Positions 43,521 through 52,985 of a stretch of 64,000 nucleotides of DNA are shown piece by piece. The first letter of the stretch is position 1. Every line of letters starts with the position of its first letter. The stretch is from Epithemia pelagica (taxonomy: Eukaryota; Protista; Bacillariophyta). The position numbers and the translations under genes are program-made. Where the stretch lies: the NCBI GenBank assembly GCA_946965045.2, contig OX337230.1, forward strand, positions 1,240,001 to 1,304,000, in the 5' to 3' direction. The notes under the pieces were generated by a model that saw nothing but the letters and a program-made list of their open reading frames with translations, made no database searches and was not told the origin of the DNA.

Positions 43521-45083
43521 TTATTCCATGGACAAGGATTCGGCAGTCCTGTCTCGAGGTGGAGGGGACCGCCTGGCACTTGCTGTTGTGGTGGTGGTGG
43601 TGGTTGCGGGGGCCAGTGCCGTGTCGTTGTGCAGTGCTTCTTGTTGTGGTCGTTGTCGTTGTTGTTGATGGTGCCACTCAAACAAATGTCGTCGTCGTTG
43701 GTGCAAGAGTTGACACTGCCAAGCGACATTGGTCGTGACCGGGAGACGGCGAATGATTCGAGCGCGCAACACGTAGGGACACGTCGTGTGACTCGACGAA
43801 TCCGGAGGAGTGGGATTCCTGTTGGACATGGGTTCCAACCGTCCGACAATGGACACCAAAGCACTCGCGCCAGAAGAAGCATGAATCTTTGCTGGTGGTT
43901 GCTGTTGCTGCTTCAAGTCGGCCAGGGAAGTTTGGATCCAAGACACGGTGGCCATTTCGACTCGAATCCAGAGAAACGACGAGGAATGTAGTGGTTGTCG
44001 GACGGAGGGCGTTGTGGATTGTGAGTTTGCAGTCCTTGCCGCCGCCAGAGTGGCCGAGGAGGAGGGTGTGGTGGTGGTGGTCGTCGTCGTCGTACGGGGT
44101 GTCATACGTGTGGTTGTCGTCGTGGTCGTGACGGCTCGGGAAAAACTGAGTCGTTTGCGGGGTGGTGGTCCGACACCAGCAGTGGTTGTTGTTGGTGGTG
44201 GTCGTCGTCGAGACGACTGCGAGACGGACACGGGCAAGGGTCGTGGTGTCGGCAGAACCAAACTTTTTCGTCGTCCTCCTCCTCCTCCACGGGAATGGGG
44301 TGGGAGGGACAATCGGGTCATTGCAGTTGTTGTTGTGGTGGTGGTGGTGGTTGATTTGGACGAGGGTGTGTGGGACACGGAATGGAGACCACACGGTTGT
44401 GGTTGTTGTGGTTGTTGTGGTTGTTGTTGTGGATGCATTGTTGTTGTTGGTGGTGGTGGTGGTTTGGGAGATGTTGCAGTGGTAGCATATGGCTGGTGGA
44501 GTGAGGAGAGGGGATCGACCACTTGCATCCACCATTCTTTGGGAGCCGGTGAATCGGAGCACGAACCCGAATGATGCAGGGGTTCGAGACGAATGCAGTG
44601 GGCGGCCAGCAGACGCAGGGGACGTGGTGGTTGTGGCTGTTCCTGAAGAGTAGTAGGAGTGTGACCAATGGTGCAAACTTCTTGGACCGTTACGATTTCA
44701 GCTGATTGCAATGGCACGGATGGCAATCGTTTCCAATGCGGCAACTCCACACTCACTGTTGTAGGATTGGTTGCTATTGTGGAAGAAGTAGTAGTAGTGG
44801 GTGGAACTGGACCCGCCGTGGCGGATTCCTCTGCGGGAATGGTGGTGATGGGTTCCATCGTAGGCGCTTCGGCCTCCATGGGGTGGTCATGATCGTCTCC
44901 GTCGTCGTCCTTTTCAAAGAGTGGTTTTTGCGAAATGGGAGGACGGACGGGTGTTGTCTGCTGCTGGGTAGTATGGGTTTGAGATGGCTTCTTTTTTTTG
45001 AGATAGGGATTGCGAATCATTCTGCCACACCCTGTTGTGTCTGTACTGGGTTGTTTGTTGTTGTTGGACAAGGAAACACCCAC
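43521..45083 (-). CDS. Low-complexity protein with a possible split OB fold (TEN1/RMI2-like)
   Basis: 520-aa ORF of poly-T/Q/P tracts separating ordered blocks LRLLAAHCIRL, WWMQVVDPL, FLWIRVEM, LVSIVGRLE and YVLRARIIRRL...CQLLHQRRRHL. The last two resemble the TEN1 C-terminal strands and helix. Confidence 0.45.
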   Translation of the reverse strand: MGVSLSNNNKQPSTDTTGCGRMIRNPYLKKKKPSQTHTTQQQTTPVRPPISQKPLFEKDDDGDDHDHPMEAEAPTMEPITTIPAEESATAGPVPPTTTTSSTIATNPTTVSVELPHWKRLPSVPLQSAEIVTVQEVCTIGHTPTTLQEQPQPPRPLRLLAAHCIRLEPLHHSGSCSDSPAPKEWWMQVVDPLSSLHQPYATTATSPKPPPPPTTTMHPQQQPQQPQQPQPCGLHSVSHTPSSKSTTTTTTTTTAMTRLSLPPHSRGGGGGRRKSLVLPTPRPLPVSVSQSSRRRPPPTTTTAGVGPPPRKRLSFSRAVTTTTTTTRMTPRTTTTTTTTTPSSSATLAAARTANSQSTTPSVRQPLHSSSFLWIRVEMATVSWIQTSLADLKQQQQPPAKIHASSGASALVSIVGRLEPMSNRNPTPPDSSSHTTCPYVLRARIIRRLPVTTNVAWQCQLLHQRRRHLFEWHHQQQRQRPQQEALHNDTALAPATTTTTTTASARRSPPPRDRTAESLSME

Positions 45084-45435
45084 TGAATCAGGTAGGAGAG
45101 AGCATGGAGTTCAAGGAAAAGGAGAATTGCAAGATGGCGAACCACACCATGGAGAGATGTTACGAAGAGAAGGAGATGATGGTGCTGGTCGGCGGCAAGT
45201 TTTGGCCCTCCTGCTGACCGCCTTGCGCGCGAGCCAGTCGGCATCCGGTACAGGCCCCGCGCGCTTCGAGGCGCGCACTCCGTGTTGTATCCGGCAGCAG
45301 ATTTTCGTCATCCTCCGACCATGATCAGATGAAACGACGATTGAGTGGAACCGAAACAGCATTGTAAGAGAGTCTCTTTTCTCTTGCTGAGACAAATCAA
45401 AACGCCCACCACCACCACCACAGAAACCTATCACC

Positions 45436-48400
45436 ATGCCGTCCGACATTCGCAGCTTTTTTGCCAAGGCCGCCTCCAAAAAATCCTCCAAGAAGTCATC
45501 ATCGTCGTCATCGCACAAGGCCACATCCACAGCCGCCAACACCGAACCAACCTCCGAGACTCGCACCCAACAACGACGATCCTCCCCTCGTTCCTCCAAA
45601 CGACGCCGCCAAGACAATGACGACAACAACAACGACAAGACCAAGAAGGAAGAACGCTTGGAAGTATCGGCCGCAGCCTTTTTTCAGGACTCAAAACCGG
45701 CCAAGAAACCACGCAACTCCACACCACCCACCACCACCGCCAAAACGACTGCACCGTCTCGTGCGACGGCCACGGCCACGACTCTTCCCGAGACGATTGA
45801 GGAGGAGGACCACGACATGGTACAAGTGGTTCCCTCTCCGCCTCGACGATCTCCGCGCAAAGCGTCCACCCTCACAAAACCAACCACCAGCAGTCCACCC
45901 TTGTCCCAATCCACAACCGTCACAGCGACACCCTCTTCCTTGGCCTCTTCGAAAAAGGCTCGATCGACACCGTCGGTGGTCCGATCCACTCCCACAGCCA
46001 AAGCCAAATCTGCCACCAAGGCCAAGGCACCACCCCCTCCACCACCGCTCCCTCCCCAACTCCGATTGGACCACTTTGACGTGACACAACCCGCTCTGGC
46101 CGCTCTGTCTCCTCCCCTCTTGACGGGTTATACCTTTGTCTTGACGGGCATTGCCGCACCGTCCGAATCGGGACCGTCGCGGGACGAATGGGTCGAATCC
46201 CTCAAACAATTGGGCGGCCGTGTCACGTCGGCCGTCTCGTCCAAAACGCACTACCTCGTCCTCGTTGGACCCACCCTCGAAGATGGACGACCCTCGACGG
46301 AAGGATCCAAATATCTCAAGGCCTCGAGTCTCATCGCCAAACAAGAGCAAGAGTCGTCGTCGTCGCGCTCACTCTATCTCGTGGAGGGACCCGCGGCACT
46401 CAATGGATTGCTCCAACAATATGCCACGGCCCGTCTCGGAACACAAGCCACGAGCAACAACAACAAGACGAACAAAATGGAGGACCCGACAGCCACGGAA
46501 ACGTCCTCGACCAAGCCTCCTCCTGCCACGGCGGCAGCGGCCGCACCACCCGTCAAACGCATCAACCCCTATGCCACCACCACCAAACGAACGACCACCA
46601 CCAATCCCTATGCCAAAAAGGCCAAACTGGATCACACGCGGTCCACCCAATCGCAACCACCAACCTCCACGAGCAGTACCAGTACGGCCGTGGTTCCACG
46701 CCCGTCGTCGTCCACGACACGACTGGCCCTGTGGGTCGATCGGTACCAACCACAGGCCACCAGTGAAATTTTGGGCAATCAAGATGCCGTCCGCAAACTC
46801 AAAGTGTGGTTGCGGCAATGGGAAGACAAATTCAACAAGGACAGTGTGGTGGGAAAACCCTTTAGCAATCCACAAGGACCGTGGAAGGCCGCGCTCCTGT
46901 CGGGACCGCCCGGCATTGGAAGTACGTACGGTATTTTTGTCATGTCGTTGTGTATTGTGTTTGGATCATTGACTTGTGCGAGTCATGGGTTGGAAGGAAC
47001 CAGGAAATGGCTGTTGTCCACATGCTCACCGTTCTTGTCTGGAATTTTATTGTTCTTGTTCGTTCTCCCTTCAGAAACAACCACGGCGACCCTGGTGGTA
47101 CGAGAATCTGGTCGAGAAGTGGTGGAATACAATGCCTCCGATGTCCGATCCAAAAAGGCCTTGAAGGATTCCTTGGGTGATATTACTGGTTCGCAGTCGA
47201 TTCAATTTTCCAAGCCGCGACAAAAAGACGGTCGGATCAAACGTTGTATCATTATGGACGAAGTCGATGGTATGGGAGCCGGGGATCACAGTGGCATGAA
47301 AGAATTGATTCAAATGATCAAGCACAGTCGCGTGCCCATTATTTGCATTTGCAACGACCGACAATCGCCCAAGGTCAAGTCCTTGGCGCCCTACTGCATG
47401 GATCTCAAATACCGTCGTCCCACCAAAATGGCCGTGGCCCAACGCGCCGTCCAAGTCGGTGCTCAAGAGGGCTTTACGGTCGAATACAATGCCGCCGAAT
47501 CCATGGCCGAATCCTGTGGCAACGATGTCCGACAAGTACTCAACGCGCTGCAAATGTGGGCCTCCTCGTCCACGGCACAAGGAGGCGACCATGCCAATAC
47601 CATGACGTACACCAATCTCAAGGAACGGGAACGGGCCATTCACAAGGACGAAATCTTGCGGGTGAGCTTGTTTGATGCCGCACGGTTGCTCCTCGAAGGA
47701 CGACGAGGTGTCACGGAGGATCCCAAACAGGCTCTCTCTCATTTCTTTCATCGCAACGATGCCTTTTTTGTCGATTATAGTTTTACTGGATTGCTCGTCC
47801 AACAGAATTACCTCAAGGTGATGCAGGGAGCCTACAATGCCGAAAAGCGCCAAGTCAACACCCATCCAAAGAATGACGAGCCCGTCTTGGAACGCATGTA
47901 CAAGGCGGCTGCGAGCATGTCCGATTACGCCCACGCCGAAAACTTGTTACGGACGGAACAGAATTGGAGTGTCTTGCCCTTTGTGGCTTCCTTGGTGGTC
48001 AAGACGGGCTATCATGCCGGCGGGGAGCGGGGTGGCATGGTGCCCGGTTTTCCCGAGTTTACCACCTGGTTGGGACGGAATTCCACCAAGGGCAAACGAC
48101 AACGATTGTTGAGTGAATTGAATCATCACATGAATTATCGTATCAGTGGCGGTACCACCGAATTGCGCTTGTCCTATCTGCCCACGTTGCGGGGCCGATT
48201 TGTTTCCTTGTTAACCTCGAAACAGGACAAGTCGACCGACCAGGCCATTCAACTCATGGATGAGTATGGCTTGGACCGTGACGATGTCTTGGAAAGTATG
48301 GACGAATTTCGGATCGATTCCAAAACTGACAAATCCTTTGCCCAACTCTTGGATAGCAAAGTTCGAGCCGCCTTTACCCGCAACTACAATGCCACCTCCC

Positions 48401-48675
48401 ACAAGAGTCAAGCCTTGGTGGCCGAACAAGGTCAGGCGGCGGGAGGAAAACGAGGCAAGGCGGGCAGTAGTAGTAGTGGTGCGCCGGAATCCTTGGATCC
48501 CGATACCATTAATGACGATGATGAGTTGGAACAAGACGACGAGGATGACGACGAAGAAGAATTCGATACGGCCAAATTGGCGGCCCTCTTTAAGAAAAGT
48601 GGCCGGAAAGCAAGTACCAAAGCCACGGCGGGCAAAAAGAAACCAGCCGCCACAAAGGGTCGGAAAAAGAAGTAA
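45436..48675 (+). CDS. RFC1: Replication factor C subunit 1 (BRCT plus AAA+); in-frame intron 46922..47074
   Basis: BRCT LTGYTFVLTG...GGRVTSAVSSKTHYLV, LWVDRYQP, ALLSGPPGIG|KTT after splicing, EYNASDVRSK, IIMDEVDGM, PIICICND, WLGRNSTKGK. Confidence 0.95.
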   Translation: MPSDIRSFFAKAASKKSSKKSSSSSSHKATSTAANTEPTSETRTQQRRSSPRSSKRRRQDNDDNNNDKTKKEERLEVSAAAFFQDSKPAKKPRNSTPPTTTAKTTAPSRATATATTLPETIEEEDHDMVQVVPSPPRRSPRKASTLTKPTTSSPPLSQSTTVTATPSSLASSKKARSTPSVVRSTPTAKAKSATKAKAPPPPPPLPPQLRLDHFDVTQPALAALSPPLLTGYTFVLTGIAAPSESGPSRDEWVESLKQLGGRVTSAVSSKTHYLVLVGPTLEDGRPSTEGSKYLKASSLIAKQEQESSSSRSLYLVEGPAALNGLLQQYATARLGTQATSNNNKTNKMEDPTATETSSTKPPPATAAAAAPPVKRINPYATTTKRTTTTNPYAKKAKLDHTRSTQSQPPTSTSSTSTAVVPRPSSSTTRLALWVDRYQPQATSEILGNQDAVRKLKVWLRQWEDKFNKDSVVGKPFSNPQGPWKAALLSGPPGIGSTYGIFVMSLCIVFGSLTCASHGLEGTRKWLLSTCSPFLSGILLFLFVLPSETTTATLVVRESGREVVEYNASDVRSKKALKDSLGDITGSQSIQFSKPRQKDGRIKRCIIMDEVDGMGAGDHSGMKELIQMIKHSRVPIICICNDRQSPKVKSLAPYCMDLKYRRPTKMAVAQRAVQVGAQEGFTVEYNAAESMAESCGNDVRQVLNALQMWASSSTAQGGDHANTMTYTNLKERERAIHKDEILRVSLFDAARLLLEGRRGVTEDPKQALSHFFHRNDAFFVDYSFTGLLVQQNYLKVMQGAYNAEKRQVNTHPKNDEPVLERMYKAAASMSDYAHAENLLRTEQNWSVLPFVASLVVKTGYHAGGERGGMVPGFPEFTTWLGRNSTKGKRQRLLSELNHHMNYRISGGTTELRLSYLPTLRGRFVSLLTSKQDKSTDQAIQLMDEYGLDRDDVLESMDEFRIDSKTDKSFAQLLDSKVRAAFTRNYNATSHKSQALVAEQGQAAGGKRGKAGSSSSGAPESLDPDTINDDDELEQDDEDDDEEEFDTAKLAALFKKSGRKASTKATAGKKKPAATKGRKKK

Positions 48676-48772
48676 AGGAGAGCGAATATTCCAGTTACAA
48701 TGGGAGATACTAACTTTACTGTTGGCGGCGTCTACAATTCTTGTCCAAGCAGCATTCCTGTTAAAGCTGTTG

Positions 48773-51700
48773 TTAACGACCCCCTTTTTTCTTTTTCCGT
48801 GTCTTGACTCTTTCAAAGCCATCTTGATCGACTTCTAATGCACCATAGGGATTTATTTGGGACTCATTCATGACCTTTTCCATGCCGGCCCATCGCGAGG
48901 TTCCTTTTTGTCTTTGATAAAACAGCAGGTAGGCTCCTCCCGTAATAGCCGCTTCACCCGACGTCAGTCCTACATGAGAATCATTGCATCGATACCACTG
49001 GCCATCAATGGAATTCCGAACAGTCGCAGTATAGTGACCCGAGTTTGCCGTGAAACCCGTGTGTTCACTCACACCAAAGAGCTTGTAAATGGGAGGAGCG
49101 TCCTTGTCAATGGGACCCAGAATGAATCGCGTCAGATCCAATCCTTCAATCGGAAAGTCCACCTTTTCGTCAATCTTGGATCGGAGCATACCACCAGAGG
49201 TCATACAGGTGTCAAACTGGAATCGTTTCAAATGAAGAATCAAAATGTCGGGGGCTGACCAGAGCGCAATCAGTTTCAGCGCGCATACATGTCTTCTACA
49301 ACTCGGGCAGTACCAAGCGTTACGTTCATCAAGCTGCTCTCCTTCCATGAACATTTCAATACAATCCTCCAGTTGAATGGTGGAATGGTTCTTTTTGGAC
49401 GCCAAGGGTAAAGAGATGGAGGAGTATACATCAAATTTGATAGATTCACGCCCACACTGAGGACAAGTCAGGTGACTGCGATGCATTCCTTGACAATGAT
49501 CCACAAATATACTGTCATGTCTCAGCAGATGTTTCCGCCAGGACTCCACAGCAGCCTGTCGATCTTCCATACCAAAGCCTTCGAGCTCTTCCACATACGG
49601 CTTTTGTCTCACTCGATTCAAGTCTTCGTGCAGACCGTCCATTAAGAATTGGCAAAATTCTTGACTGTCGTGTTGGTAAGAGTTGTCAAACTGCGGCGCG
49701 AATCCCGCCACTGTTTGTTTCAGACTCCGCGGTGCCAAGGAAGAATACTTTCCAGACCACATTTTCTTTATCAATGAGCCATAGGCCATGGCTACATTTC
49801 CTCCGCTGCCCAACGGATTTTGTCGATTTAACTCTGACGTATAAGTTTCACGCATGAAGTATTGCGTGATGATCTCCATGTGATTCAAACATTGCACAGT
49901 TGAATTCAAAAAGCACGAATTTCCAAGATTGTGCAATCCCACGCTACCAGGGGCCGGCGGGGTTCCACGAAGCGATTCTCTCATAAACCCTGTACCACCC
50001 AAACTCGGATGTGATTTCATTATTTCAACGGGTTTACGACCATACTCGAGTTCATACTTCAAGATGGACGGAGTTTTGATTTCATCATCCAGTTGGAGGT
50101 GGGTTCCCAACTTGCAGATCTCTTCACCATAAAGATCAACCCATCGCAGAAAAGGAGGTTCTGCGACTAAACTCTCAAGTGAAGATAGGTCCTCATTCTC
50201 TATTGCCAACCTTCGAGGGAAAGCAACAGCACCTGCCTTTTCTGTTTTCTCCTGTGATACTTCGACGAGTATTTGCTGTCCACGTCGGAGCAGCAACAGA
50301 GGTTCTCGCTTGATTTGACTTTCTTCCTCTTCATCACCACCAGACTGAACTTTTAGAGGGTAAAGCTCTAGGTCGGCACCTCCTTCGAGCTCTTTCCTCG
50401 GATCATTGGGGCGTCCTATTTTCTTCACTTCGCCCTTGTACCATTTCGGACAATGAACTAGGCTGCTTGTATCTCTCACTTCAATTATATCACCCACTTC
50501 TAAGCGTTCCCTCCAGCGATCTGAGTGAGACCACAAAGGAGAAGGTGGAAACAATTTGTTTGTAGACCCCTCAACCGTCGAGTTAGGTGTTCGCTTGAGT
50601 TTGGTATTCCACTTTGACGCCCACCCAAAATAATGGACCGTTACCGAAACCTCGTCGAGTTTGCAAATAATAGCCTCAAACCATTTCCCAGCCACGTCTT
50701 GTGCATCACAGAAATCTCCAACTTTGAGTCGTTGCATCAAATCTAGGGACTCTCGAGGCCACGGAGCATCCAAAGTTGGTCTCCTTTCGATTAAGCACTC
50801 TATTTGACGATCTTCTCCAGTAACTGTATGCGCCCGCGCCCATTCCCCGACAGTCAGAGGCTTCGTTGCTTTCTTATCTTTCTCCGTCATCTGAGCAAAG
50901 TCGACAAATTCAAAGGGCAGGTCATCTTGATCGACTGTGGCATCAGCGTCACTCTCGCGTTTTAAACCTTTCCACGGGTAGCGATATCGGCTCCACAGGC
51001 GAACTGTCTTGCTGGCAGCTGCTGGTGCAGCGACCCGAAGCATGGCCGACAACGCATCCACGGCGACAGCATCTTGGCTTACTAGAACAAAACCGTCCGA
51101 GTGTCTGGCCAATGATCCTTTGCTTTGATCTGAGTCCGGTGGTTGTTCAGGATGATGCTGTATTCGATATGTCAATTTAATGGGGTGTATCTCAGGAACA
51201 GGAACCCGTGGCTTGTGTCGCCGCTCTTCTTCTATCATCAACTTGTCCATAAGCGACAGACGATCAAATTGCTGTTCGAGGGTTCTCCAGTTTGACATAT
51301 TGGGAGGTGCAGCGACGACTTTTCGTCGAAATTCCACTGGTATTTGGTTTGGATGGGTTATCGATGTCTCATGCATTGGGTAAAACGCCTTTTGCGACTT
51401 GTTCACTGCCATGTCATTGGTATTTTCTCCATTTGTTTTGTGAATTTCGTGATGCAAAATTATCCGCTCCTGGCGATCAAAAGAGACTTTTTGCTGAAAT
51501 GATACAGTGTATCCGTCCTTGCATACAACCCCATGAATGCTTCTTAGGGTGAAATAAAATGCTTCAGGAACTGCCAAGCACTCAGGAGACCGAGAATTTG
51601 GCGCGGTGACTCCATTATTGTTTGTTGCCACCAGTGCGCTTGCCTTGTTCATACTTGATGACATGGGCGTTCGATTTTGGTGATACTTTCCATTCATGGT

Positions 51701-52393
51701 GTTTGTGGATGCCAATCGTTGCGACGAAGCTCTAGATGATGAGGGAGAAGGTGGAAGCTTTAGCCGGGAAGTTGATACCTGACGAGACATGGGGATTGAC
51801 CTGCTGAGAGGCGACGACCCGCCATTTGGTTTATTGGAATGAACAGGAGGTGCTTTGAGGTGATGGTGTGACATGGATGAGTGCTGGCTAAAGGTGGATT
51901 GGTCATCGCCAGTATCGAGTCCTTGATGAAGTCGAACAGTCGGTTGAAGTACTAGAGCGTGACCTTGTACGGCCAATGATTGTGCCACATCAATTGGTCC
52001 TGGATCTCGATACGCCGAGTCTTCTGTAGGAGGGATCAAATGAATCTGAAAGGCGGCATGTTTGAGCGCTTCTCTCGCTCTATTTTGTTCGTCTTTCGAA
52101 ACAAACGTCTGATGAAAAGCCCAATAAAGCCAGTTTTGGACGTAGTCAGTGTGAAGTAAATACACCGTGTCTCCAACCTGTAGAGGTTGAAGTAATTGCA
52201 ATGCGGTCACCAACATTAACTCTGTCGGTTTGGGATGTAGCAAGCGTTCATAGGCAGATACGGATGCTGCTTGAGGGGTTGGTGACAGGGAGCGTGCACC
52301 GGATGATCCGTTGCGCGCCAAAGAAGAATTCCTCGACATGTCCATGTCGTTGTTGCCTGCAACTGCAGATGCATAGTCCATCGGAGCCTCCAT
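48773..52393 (-). CDS. Ubiquitin-specific protease (peptidase C19, USP4/11/15-like) with DUSP-like and Tudor-like regions
   Basis: Cys box GLHNLGNSCFLNSTVQCL, QHDSQEFCQFLMDGLHEDLN, His box YKLFGVSEHTG...SGHYTA...WYRCNDS. Tudor-like GDFCDAQDVAGKWFEA...VHYFGWASKWN. Confidence 0.92.
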   Translation of the reverse strand: MEAPMDYASAVAGNNDMDMSRNSSLARNGSSGARSLSPTPQAASVSAYERLLHPKPTELMLVTALQLLQPLQVGDTVYLLHTDYVQNWLYWAFHQTFVSKDEQNRAREALKHAAFQIHLIPPTEDSAYRDPGPIDVAQSLAVQGHALVLQPTVRLHQGLDTGDDQSTFSQHSSMSHHHLKAPPVHSNKPNGGSSPLSRSIPMSRQVSTSRLKLPPSPSSSRASSQRLASTNTMNGKYHQNRTPMSSSMNKASALVATNNNGVTAPNSRSPECLAVPEAFYFTLRSIHGVVCKDGYTVSFQQKVSFDRQERIILHHEIHKTNGENTNDMAVNKSQKAFYPMHETSITHPNQIPVEFRRKVVAAPPNMSNWRTLEQQFDRLSLMDKLMIEEERRHKPRVPVPEIHPIKLTYRIQHHPEQPPDSDQSKGSLARHSDGFVLVSQDAVAVDALSAMLRVAAPAAASKTVRLWSRYRYPWKGLKRESDADATVDQDDLPFEFVDFAQMTEKDKKATKPLTVGEWARAHTVTGEDRQIECLIERRPTLDAPWPRESLDLMQRLKVGDFCDAQDVAGKWFEAIICKLDEVSVTVHYFGWASKWNTKLKRTPNSTVEGSTNKLFPPSPLWSHSDRWRERLEVGDIIEVRDTSSLVHCPKWYKGEVKKIGRPNDPRKELEGGADLELYPLKVQSGGDEEEESQIKREPLLLLRRGQQILVEVSQEKTEKAGAVAFPRRLAIENEDLSSLESLVAEPPFLRWVDLYGEEICKLGTHLQLDDEIKTPSILKYELEYGRKPVEIMKSHPSLGGTGFMRESLRGTPPAPGSVGLHNLGNSCFLNSTVQCLNHMEIITQYFMRETYTSELNRQNPLGSGGNVAMAYGSLIKKMWSGKYSSLAPRSLKQTVAGFAPQFDNSYQHDSQEFCQFLMDGLHEDLNRVRQKPYVEELEGFGMEDRQAAVESWRKHLLRHDSIFVDHCQGMHRSHLTCPQCGRESIKFDVYSSISLPLASKKNHSTIQLEDCIEMFMEGEQLDERNAWYCPSCRRHVCALKLIALWSAPDILILHLKRFQFDTCMTSGGMLRSKIDEKVDFPIEGLDLTRFILGPIDKDAPPIYKLFGVSEHTGFTANSGHYTATVRNSIDGQWYRCNDSHVGLTSGEAAITGGAYLLFYQRQKGTSRWAGMEKVMNESQINPYGALEVDQDGFERVKTRKKKKGGR

Positions 52394-52985
52394 TTTTGCG
52401 TCTTATAATTCAACAGCAGAATAGAATAGAATTCGGGACGGTCCACCCCGAGAGATCAGAGAGAGCCTGTCCTCTGCTCACTGGCGTCCTTCACTCTGGT
52501 TCGTTTGCCTCGATGAAGCCCAATGGTTCCCAGGGCGAGCCCTTCAATTCGCTGCCTCCTCTTTCCCTTGTCTGGCTCCAAAAATGACAAACAATGATGA
52601 AAAACAGTTGATGCAATCAGATTTCTACCTATTTATCGACTTCGGCTGTGGTCGATCATTGTCGATTGTATATTGCCCATATGTAATGATCAATCACGTG
52701 TTATGCAGTCAGCCACAAGAACGGTAGATGGTTGGCAGACGCGGACCGAACTCCCAGGCGGTGAATCGCGTCAACTTACAAAAGAGGCTTCTATTATTTC
52801 GGGGGTCCCGTGGATGGAGAGTAAGGTTTGCTGAGAGAGAGGTAGTTTCGTCAATCGCACTGCCTAAACTAAACCTATTGTGCCTTTGACAACTGGGTAC
52901 CCCTCCTAGGAGTATTGATGTACTCTTGGAAATTCTTTGATGCAATCCTGATTGTGTAGGAATAGTAATTTCACTTCTGAAGATC

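Noticed and set aside
42911-43991. Overlapping ORFs with poly-T, poly-V, poly-C, poly-Q and poly-L
   Set aside because: All arise from the TTG microsatellite and neighbouring trinucleotide runs, which lack stops in most frames.
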